Shown here: in pieces, positions 56,692 through 64,000 of the stretch
How the letters are laid out: every line of letters starts with the position of its first letter
Position numbering within the stretch: position 1 is the first letter of the stretch
Sequence record: OM728297.1
Strand: one strand, 5' to 3'
DNA: 64,000 nucleotides
The notes under the pieces: model-generated
Seen by the model: only the letters and a program-made list of their open reading frames with translations
What the model was told of the DNA's origin: nothing
The model's database searches: none
Translations under genes and position numbers: made by a program

Positions 56692-57531
56692 CTATTTATT
56701 AAAGAATCTAGGAAGGGCTTTTCTTAATTGTTCTCCATCAAACTCTACTAATCTTAGAGTATTTAGTGTTTCCAATAGAGTATAATCAAATAGGCTTTCA
56801 GCCATTGCTTGTTCAAGAATTTCCTGATCTACTTCAGTCTTTTCATTCTCTTTTAAAGCCATTTTAACATTTTGAACCTGAAGATTTTTAAATAGAGTAT
56901 CTTTTGGTTTAATTGGGCTTTCAGATTCACTAATAGCTACAGCAATATCTCTTTCAGTTTTAACAACATTAACTACTTTATTGGTAATTACCTCGGATAC
57001 ATACTCAACATACGTTTTAATATCCTTATTAAATGATTCACTAACGATTTTTACATCCTCTTCATTATCTTTAACTGGGAACATTTTTTCAATATGATAT
57101 TCAATTGACTCCATAACACTTTGCATTGTAGTACTTTTAACCATTTCAAAAGTTCCATTTGAAATAAGATTATCAGTAATTCCTTTAACTTGTTTAGTCA
57201 TATATTCTTTGTTTAATTTTTTAACATCTTCATCAAGAGGTAGAGCGTTATATACTACACTAGATAAAAAATGTTCAAGTAATTCTTTAGACTGTTGACT
57301 TTCAAATTGTTTCTTTTCAATAAGTCTAGCTCTCTTTTGTCTAGCACGTTTATTACCAGCTAGGAAGGCAACTTCATTATTTGTCTCTTCAATATTATTT
57401 ATAACGCTCTCATTAAATACTTCTTCCTGTTTTTTACCTTCAGATAAAACTTCAGAAAATCCAAGTGATTGATTAAACCGTCTCTTTCTAAACTTTGTAT
57501 TTTTACTGGAAAATGTTTCCATTAAGTTCAC
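56692..57531 (-). CDS. Putative virion head protein
   Basis: Several hydrophobic-x-E sites; late operon. Confidence 0.55.
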   Translation of the reverse strand: MNLMETFSSKNTKFRKRRFNQSLGFSEVLSEGKKQEEVFNESVINNIEETNNEVAFLAGNKRARQKRARLIEKKQFESQQSKELLEHFLSSVVYNALPLDEDVKKLNKEYMTKQVKGITDNLISNGTFEMVKSTTMQSVMESIEYHIEKMFPVKDNEEDVKIVSESFNKDIKTYVEYVSEVITNKVVNVVKTERDIAVAISESESPIKPKDTLFKNLQVQNVKMALKENEKTEVDQEILEQAMAESLFDYTLLETLNTLRLVEFDGEQLRKALPRFFNK

Positions 57532-57538
57532 CCTCTTT

Positions 57539-60253
57539 TTAGATATAATTAATTGTTATCGTATGTGTATAATACTGTTCAACACCCAAATCAGTATTAT
57601 TTGAAGATAATTGCTTTCTTAGGTTTAAATATTCAGGTACATAATCAATAATTTCTTGTTTAGTCATGTCTAAGAATGATGAATGACTAGATTCAATCTT
57701 TTGTACAACTTTATCATTAATTGAATTAAACTCAATATATCTTATGATATCAAAATTCTCTTCTAATCGTCTGATTAAATTAGAAATAGGGAAAATTTCT
57801 TCATCATTACAGCTTTCTACAAAATCTGAAATATAGCTTTTAATTGCAATATCTGTTTCACTTGTAACGGCATTATTAGCGTATATAGTGAGATTAAGGT
57901 CAAGATCAATTCTATCCAGACCCTTTAATACATATTTATTCTGAGTACTATCCCAAACTTTTCCTGTATCATACCAAGATGATTTACCATAAGTGTTATA
58001 AAATTTAACATCAATACTTGTATTATTCTCAAGTTTATCCATATTGTCCGTTAGAGATAAAATAAATTTATCCATTAAATCATAGACTAACGGATAATTA
58101 TATTGAAAATAAGTATATTCAATTAATGGAATCGATTTTAATTTAAAACCACTCTCAGTTGGAAATATATTACTCTCAATCACATTAGACATATTTGAGA
58201 ATAGATTTATAGGATCATCATTTCTTAGTAGACATACTACACCAAAATCAGTCATATCTGGCATTTTTAATACATCTGTAGTCTTTTCAGTACTAAAATC
58301 ATTTTTATAGAGAATTACAACATCAAGATTAACATCACTATCAATAAATGCATTTTTAACAGTAGTCATCCCCTCATTATCCAAAATAGGGCTTGAATCA
58401 AGAGTATAGAGACTATTATAAATATTCAATTTGTTATTGCTAATTGAATTCCACTTTTCTGTTGCTAGATACCCTTCATATAATAACTCTGTGTCACTAG
58501 TTCTATTGAAATCAAAATAGCCATATATTTCCCCATTAGTTGATTTGAGTATCCCTCGTATCTTAACATTATCATCAAAATTGTCATCAATTAAGTTTGT
58601 TACAAGTGATAGGTTAAATTTATATACATCTTCTGACATATTATCTCTGGTTAAATCAAAAGATGATACCATAAATTGATAAGGAATACTTGGATTAATA
58701 TAATTATAGGATAAGCTAACATCTTTATTTGTATGAGTTTTATAGTAAATGGATGATAAAACAGGATCCTTTTCTACTTTAATAAGATAAGGAATTGCAT
58801 ATACTAAATATTTTGGATTATTAAGATACTCTTCTACCTCTAATTTGTGCCAAACCATAAAATAGATATCATTTTCAATATCATAAATTACTGCACTATT
58901 TTCTGGAATAATATAATTATTATTTGACATTTCATTATTACTAACAAATAATGAAGGAATAGTTGTTGTTGGCATCACCATATTCTCATTGTTTCTTAAA
59001 AGAATATATGAATTCCATAGTCTCTTAATTGCATCATTTCTCTTTTTAATGAACTTAATCTTACTGTTATTTATCTTATCAGAAGAATTAATCTTATTGA
59101 AGTATAAGTCTAGATCATAATCTGTAATAAGATTATCTCTCACTAAATAATCTTCAATTAATTTATTTTTAATATCAGCATAAGAAGGTTTATCAGTACC
59201 TCCAGAAGCATCAGTAATAGGTTGAATATAAATAGGTATTCTACCCATTTCAGTATCATTTAGATAGTTGATAAGAATTTCTCCACTAAATGAGAAATTA
59301 GCGGTTGATCCGTCAGTAGTAAATATTTCTACTTCTAAAGTTGAATTAAAACGTGGTCTGAAATTATTTGGTAAGGCAGAAAATGATATTTCGATTTTAT
59401 TGTCATCTATAAAAGTGTAATAACAATACTTTTCATCTTCAGGAGGTGTATAAGTGTTATTAAAGTAAGTTTTTAATAATTCACGTTCTCCATTATATGT
59501 GTAGTATACATTAAAATAGGCAAGTTGTCCTTGATAATTAATATCATAAAATAAATTTTCCGATATATCTTCTGATGAGACAGTGATTGAACTGGTATCT
59601 CTTTCCATTTGATAAATATCTACACCCATGAAAATATATTTCTCACCATTATAGTTGGCTTCCCATAGTTTTAGATAGGGGTTCTTAACTGTAAAAAATG
59701 GAAAAGTAGATTCATCATACATGTATCTAGCGATTACACTATAATCATTATTAACATTATTTGCCTTAAAGATTAATTGAATTGGAAATGGAATCATGAA
59801 ATTATAATCCCCAACACTAAGCAAATAATCATTATTTATGACAAACTCATAAGCACTATCAGAATCTGATAGATTCTCATCTGAATCAATTTTTCTAAAT
59901 TTTGTACTATTTATAACATCACTTTTCTTTACACTAAAGTTAATCTTCATATGTGATGGTGTTGCCATAGAGATCTGTGAATTTTGTACTTTAGCAAAAT
60001 TATAAATAGATTTTGGAATAGATGCTGTGTTTAGGAAATGTTCATCATACAGGATATTTCTATGATAAATATTATTCTTTATCTCATTAGACATAACTTC
60101 ATTATTATATCCAAATAAACCTGCTTTAAGTAAACTAATACTCACTTCATCATTATCATCAATTCCAAAATATTTTTTAGCGATTTCTAGCCATTTATCC
60201 TCAATACTATAAGATGTATTATTGACTGTTATAATACTATTCTCTTCTGCCAT
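57539..60253 (-). CDS. Putative baseplate wedge protein (T4 gp6-like)
   Basis: FLNTA.IPKSIYNFAK; ASGGTDKPS...IK motifs. Confidence 0.65.
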   Translation of the reverse strand: MAEENSIITVNNTSYSIEDKWLEIAKKYFGIDDNDEVSISLLKAGLFGYNNEVMSNEIKNNIYHRNILYDEHFLNTASIPKSIYNFAKVQNSQISMATPSHMKINFSVKKSDVINSTKFRKIDSDENLSDSDSAYEFVINNDYLLSVGDYNFMIPFPIQLIFKANNVNNDYSVIARYMYDESTFPFFTVKNPYLKLWEANYNGEKYIFMGVDIYQMERDTSSITVSSEDISENLFYDINYQGQLAYFNVYYTYNGERELLKTYFNNTYTPPEDEKYCYYTFIDDNKIEISFSALPNNFRPRFNSTLEVEIFTTDGSTANFSFSGEILINYLNDTEMGRIPIYIQPITDASGGTDKPSYADIKNKLIEDYLVRDNLITDYDLDLYFNKINSSDKINNSKIKFIKKRNDAIKRLWNSYILLRNNENMVMPTTTIPSLFVSNNEMSNNNYIIPENSAVIYDIENDIYFMVWHKLEVEEYLNNPKYLVYAIPYLIKVEKDPVLSSIYYKTHTNKDVSLSYNYINPSIPYQFMVSSFDLTRDNMSEDVYKFNLSLVTNLIDDNFDDNVKIRGILKSTNGEIYGYFDFNRTSDTELLYEGYLATEKWNSISNNKLNIYNSLYTLDSSPILDNEGMTTVKNAFIDSDVNLDVVILYKNDFSTEKTTDVLKMPDMTDFGVVCLLRNDDPINLFSNMSNVIESNIFPTESGFKLKSIPLIEYTYFQYNYPLVYDLMDKFILSLTDNMDKLENNTSIDVKFYNTYGKSSWYDTGKVWDSTQNKYVLKGLDRIDLDLNLTIYANNAVTSETDIAIKSYISDFVESCNDEEIFPISNLIRRLEENFDIIRYIEFNSINDKVVQKIESSHSSFLDMTKQEIIDYVPEYLNLRKQLSSNNTDLGVEQYYTHTITINYI

Positions 60254-60264
60254 TGTGTCTCCTC

Positions 60265-61197
60265 CTATTTAAAGAATTTAAGTTTAAATGATGTCTTTGG
60301 ATGTAGAGAATCATTTTCATAAGGATCAGTTTTAACAACAAGAACTTTAGTTGCTTTCACATTAGATTCAGTAAAGTTATAAGGTAATAAATCATTTGTT
60401 GTATAGGGAATAACACCTTTATTAGAACCTTCAGTTGAATATCTTAACGCTTCAGAATCTAATGTTGCTACTTTATTAAAGTCCATAAGGATTGCTGGAT
60501 CAAGATCTTCCTTGAACGAGTAACTATATTCTACTGATATTTCTGGAATATCATGCTCCTTGCCATCAGTTGCTAGGTTAGCATAAGGAACTGAAATAGG
60601 AACTGCACCAGTATATTTAGAGAAATATAAAATAGTCTCACCATCAAAATCTAAAAGAAAGTAGTAAATTGAACTCACATAGTCTAAATATCTCTTTTTT
60701 ATAGCATCTTTTGAAGGTGAAAATGTACCACGTCTTACATTTTCAGTATATTCTACCCATGCCTTATGTAACTTAATAATGGGTAGACTTTTATATTCCT
60801 CAAATTTAACAGTAGTAGTATCACCAACTAGACTATCTACAAGTGAAATTGGTAAAGTTTGTTTATATCCATAGAATGTTTCTCCAACATCAATTGTCCT
60901 TGCCGCTAAATCCTTACCATCCATTCCTCTAAATGCATTTGTTAAAATTTTAATAAATGGACTAACTGTTTTTCCATTAGTAGTTAGTGCATTAAAAAGA
61001 TCAGGTTCTAATGTTTCTAAATACATTAGAAAACTATCTCTCCGAGTGTTAAGTTTATCTAGATTTAATTTTGGTGTAGTAATAAAAATATATGGTATTC
61101 CTTTTACTAATACATCATGATCTTTTGGATCTCCTCGTCTATATACATCATATTCTTTGATTATATCAATATGAGGATATAAGTTGAACTCAGACAT
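60265..61197 (-). CDS. Putative tube-like/baseplate virion protein
   Basis: AWVEY...YFLLDFDG...KYTG..P pattern; late promoter at 61224..61235. Confidence 0.55.
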   Translation of the reverse strand: MSEFNLYPHIDIIKEYDVYRRGDPKDHDVLVKGIPYIFITTPKLNLDKLNTRRDSFLMYLETLEPDLFNALTTNGKTVSPFIKILTNAFRGMDGKDLAARTIDVGETFYGYKQTLPISLVDSLVGDTTTVKFEEYKSLPIIKLHKAWVEYTENVRRGTFSPSKDAIKKRYLDYVSSIYYFLLDFDGETILYFSKYTGAVPISVPYANLATDGKEHDIPEISVEYSYSFKEDLDPAILMDFNKVATLDSEALRYSTEGSNKGVIPYTTNDLLPYNFTESNVKATKVLVVKTDPYENDSLHPKTSFKLKFFK

Positions 61198-61260
61198 TTA
61201 TAAACCTCCTAAAAGCGAATCTTTATTTAATTGTTCTAAGTAAAAGAAAACTCATTTTTC

Positions 61261-61273
61261 AAATATATATTAT
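61261..61273 (+). promoter_or_regulatory. Early promoter AAATATATATTAT
   Basis: Exact motif, with no long ORF downstream. Confidence 0.75.
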
Positions 61274-61274
61274 A

Positions 61275-61532
61275 AGAATGTTGAAGTAAGTAAATATCAG
61301 AGTATATAGACCTTAATAAATCTCTAAATAGGAAGCATACAACCACCTTGATGACGCTTCCGCTTCTTCAACATATAAAGATGGAGGAAGATAAACTCAT
61401 GTTTAAGGCATTAAGAACAGTATTGTCAATCATTGGATTACAATAAATTGGGAACCCTAAAACTAGGTTTATATACTATAACGCCATTAGCGATTAAGTT
61501 CGCTAATGGCAAATAGGTGGTTATATTTTTTT
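61275..61532 (+). ncRNA. Candidate structured small RNA with a 15-aa micro-ORF
   Basis: atgttgaag/cttcaacat, ggaagc/gcttcc, cttcttc/gaggaag, aaccacct/aggtggtt pairings; terminator hairpin 61483..61510 plus T-run. Confidence 0.5.
61399..61446 (+). CDS. 15-aa peptide MFKALRTVLSIIGLQ
   Basis: GGAGGA RBS about 10 nt upstream of ATG. Confidence 0.5.
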   Translation: MFKALRTVLSIIGLQ

Positions 61533-61556
61533 ATTTTTTTCTTTTCCTCCTTTGTT

Positions 61557-61568
61557 AACAAATAATTA
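61557..61568 (+). promoter_or_regulatory. Late promoter AACA-aataat-TA
   Basis: Upstream of 61621. Confidence 0.7.
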
Positions 61569-61620
61569 ATGCTAAATAAATATCATTTAATAATGATAGA
61601 AAGGAAAGGTTGAGAAACGA

Positions 61621-62883
61621 ATGGATATTAATACACTAATGAATTTTATCTCTGCTTTCGGTTTCGGAAAAGATTTAAATAAAGATAAATCACCGAGAAC
61701 TAAAGATTGGGAGACTGCGGCTGAAATTCTTGGCGCTACAGCTACTGCAAGAAGAGGTAGTATTAAATATAGAGCAAAAGATTTAATTGCTCACTATCCT
61801 GTTTTATTTTCTGATAATCTTACTTCTCATTCAGTACAGCTTGTAAATCGTGCATTAGAGCATGAATATGTAAATATGTTAAAGCTACTTATTCAAAATG
61901 ATGGTGCAGACGGTTTTGAAAATACTGCATCATATTTAAAAGGATACCATCAAAATATTAGCCATGATGCAAATCTTGATTCTCATTTATCTAAAAGTAC
62001 AGATGAACTAGAAAGAAGATTTTCAGAGTCTGTAATTACTGAAAATGATTTAAGAGATGCTAATAAAAAATTACTTGAAAGTTTTAGTGATGATTTAAAC
62101 CTTCAAGTATTAAATGATTCTACTGTTAGTAAAGAATATAAAAATTTATTAGAAGATAAAAAAGATGATTCAAATAACAAAAAAGTTGAAAAAGAATTAT
62201 CTGCAAAACCAAAAATTGATAATACAGAAATTAAAAAAGCAAATGAATTAACTCCAACTAATGTTTCTGTGGATATTGATTATGAAACTAATAATGGAAC
62301 AGTTCATAAGACCATCTCATTTGGAGTTAAATGTGTTGCTCACCTTCTTGATTCTCAAGATATCGAGTATTTTCTCCCAAATGCTGTAATTACTAAAACA
62401 CCAATCATGCGTATGATTCAATGGACATCAGGGGAGATTAAATTCTTTAAAGATTTCTTATTTTCTATTGATGAAATTAAAAGAACTGCTGTTAAATCAA
62501 ATGATAAAAATAGCTTCTGGTGGAGAAAACTACAAACAATCTCAAAAGTAGCTCATGCTCGTCCTTCTTTATTTGCATTAAGTAAAGGAAGAAAACTAGG
62601 GAAAGCTCCTATTCCTACCTCTACAATGGTAATCAGTAAAGAAAATGTAGACAATATTCGTCATAAACATGGTATTGATCTTCTTGCAAAACCTTCATTC
62701 GTTAAAAAGATTATGAAGAATTTCTTCTTAATGACTTTTATCATTGTTGATGAAAGTATTGAAACGGTATATATCTTTAATGAAGATACCAGCGATTTCA
62801 GTCATTATTCTTTCAGATCATTAGAAGGTTTCTCAAAACAAAAAAATATTGATATAAAAGATATTTATAGTCTTTTAAAATAA
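61621..62883 (+). CDS. Putative virion (head) structural protein
   Basis: Late promoter; LLES/LLED sites. Confidence 0.6.
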   Translation: MDINTLMNFISAFGFGKDLNKDKSPRTKDWETAAEILGATATARRGSIKYRAKDLIAHYPVLFSDNLTSHSVQLVNRALEHEYVNMLKLLIQNDGADGFENTASYLKGYHQNISHDANLDSHLSKSTDELERRFSESVITENDLRDANKKLLESFSDDLNLQVLNDSTVSKEYKNLLEDKKDDSNNKKVEKELSAKPKIDNTEIKKANELTPTNVSVDIDYETNNGTVHKTISFGVKCVAHLLDSQDIEYFLPNAVITKTPIMRMIQWTSGEIKFFKDFLFSIDEIKRTAVKSNDKNSFWWRKLQTISKVAHARPSLFALSKGRKLGKAPIPTSTMVISKENVDNIRHKHGIDLLAKPSFVKKIMKNFFLMTFIIVDESIETVYIFNEDTSDFSHYSFRSLEGFSKQKNIDIKDIYSLLK

Positions 62884-62898
62884 AAGAGGTGAGTATAT

Positions 62899-63933
62899 AT
62901 GTTTTTTGAAAAGAAAACCACTCTATTAGAACAAAATGATGAATTTTTAGGTGGAATTCTTATTCGTGAAGATAGCGAATGGAGTAAGTACAAAATTCAA
63001 AGTTTAGCTGAAGATATTAAATCTGATGTTACAGACCGTGTTGTCACAAACTTATTTAGTGACATTAAATCAAAAGCACTTAGTGTTGATTTCGCTATAG
63101 TTGATAAGTCAAAGGGTGATATCACTCGCCTAGCTAATTACAATACTATTTCTAATGCTATTTCCTTTATTAAAAAAGGAGTTAGTGGACAAAGTGATGA
63201 TGCCCAAATTGTCAAAGCTGTAAGTCAGCTTGAATTCACTTTAAATACTCTTATTAAATATAAAAAAGATTTTCAGCGTGGATTTATGTTAAATGATTCA
63301 ATTACTCGTTACCTGTATAATTCTATCGTTATTGCTATTATTCAAGGAACTTCCTATTTGGTTTCAGAGACTGTCCAGCTAACAAAAGATAATCTAAATT
63401 TGTATAATGTCACTTATAGAGATTCCAAAGAAATCTTTAATAACAATCACATTAAATCAATCTCAGTATTTAATCAATTGGAACGAAAAGGTCAGCTGGT
63501 TAAGTTATTTAAAGAATCACATAACTTGGCTGAAAATACTTTAATCAACATTGGTAAAGATGTATTGAAGCGCCTATCTGATCTTGGTGGAGTTACTAAG
63601 TGGATTGCAATTCTTGGTTTAATTGGATTTTCTTTGACCTTTATTAGAAGTATTATTTTCTTGTATTTCAATTCAAGAGTTAAATTATCTCAGTATCTTA
63701 CACATTTAAAAGATTTTGTTGAAATGAATTCATCAACTCTTGAACATGATGCTAAAAAAGTAAGAGAACGTCAAGAAAAAATTGCTCAAGCTCTTGGGAA
63801 ATTATCTGATCGAATTCGAGTTGACCAAAACGTAGCAAATGATAGAGCAAATAGTCAAATTGAAGAATCAAATAAAATTATTGCTATTGATAACAGCCCA
63901 TCTAATAATAGCACTAGTTTAGATTTATATTAA
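62899..63933 (+). CDS. Putative virion structural protein with a hydrophobic segment
   Basis: Co-oriented with 61621; LLEQ/LAEN sites. Confidence 0.6.
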   Translation: MFFEKKTTLLEQNDEFLGGILIREDSEWSKYKIQSLAEDIKSDVTDRVVTNLFSDIKSKALSVDFAIVDKSKGDITRLANYNTISNAISFIKKGVSGQSDDAQIVKAVSQLEFTLNTLIKYKKDFQRGFMLNDSITRYLYNSIVIAIIQGTSYLVSETVQLTKDNLNLYNVTYRDSKEIFNNNHIKSISVFNQLERKGQLVKLFKESHNLAENTLINIGKDVLKRLSDLGGVTKWIAILGLIGFSLTFIRSIIFLYFNSRVKLSQYLTHLKDFVEMNSSTLEHDAKKVRERQEKIAQALGKLSDRIRVDQNVANDRANSQIEESNKIIAIDNSPSNNSTSLDLY

Positions 63934-63950
63934 AATTATAAATACAAATA

Positions 63951-63962
63951 AACATATAATTA
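63951..63962 (+). promoter_or_regulatory. Late promoter for a gene beyond the window
   Basis: AACA tataat TA, then GAAGGGAG at the window end. Confidence 0.65.
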
Positions 63963-64000
63963 GTAAAATTAAATAATAACCTAATTCCGAAGGGAGAAAA

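Noticed and set aside
1-64000. CRISPR array, DGR/retron RT, integrase or Ugi gene
   Set aside because: No regularly spaced repeats, no RT or integrase motifs, and no ORF resembling the PBS2 Ugi sequence were seen.

Overview
AT-rich 64 kb segment of a Bacillus jumbo phage of the AR9/PBS1 (phiKZ-related) group. I recognise the 631-aa ORF at 7843..9738 as the AR9-type non-virion RNA polymerase beta' C-terminal subunit. The window also encodes two virion RNAP subunits (a beta' part with the DxDGD catalytic loop, and a beta part split by two group I introns), the C-terminal half of a split family-B DNA polymerase, an SF2 helicase, a DHH phosphoesterase, RusA, an HU-like protein, a GH25-LysM endolysin, tail, baseplate and tape-measure-like proteins, and blocks of small early accessory genes. 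Uracil-containing DNA is known for AR9/PBS1 but cannot be seen in this sequence. Three group I introns could be delimited by hand (29873..31230, 29336..29688, 53230..54550). Two carry related Zn-ribbon/PD-(D/E)xK endonucleases, each with a phage late promoter inside an RBS-sequestering hairpin. Two promoter classes recur: early AAATATATATTAT and late AACA-N6-TA. The least explained elements are two early, structured-RNA plus micro-ORF units (about 154..628 and 61261..61532) with mutually exclusive pairings over the RBS, a GC-rich 184-nt exon between twin introns, a DHH gene paired with a catalytically dead DEDDh gene behind a perfect sigma-A promoter, and candidate thymidine-depleting enzymes (HAD and MazG-like). 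All structure, motif and family calls were made by eye; no database search was run.
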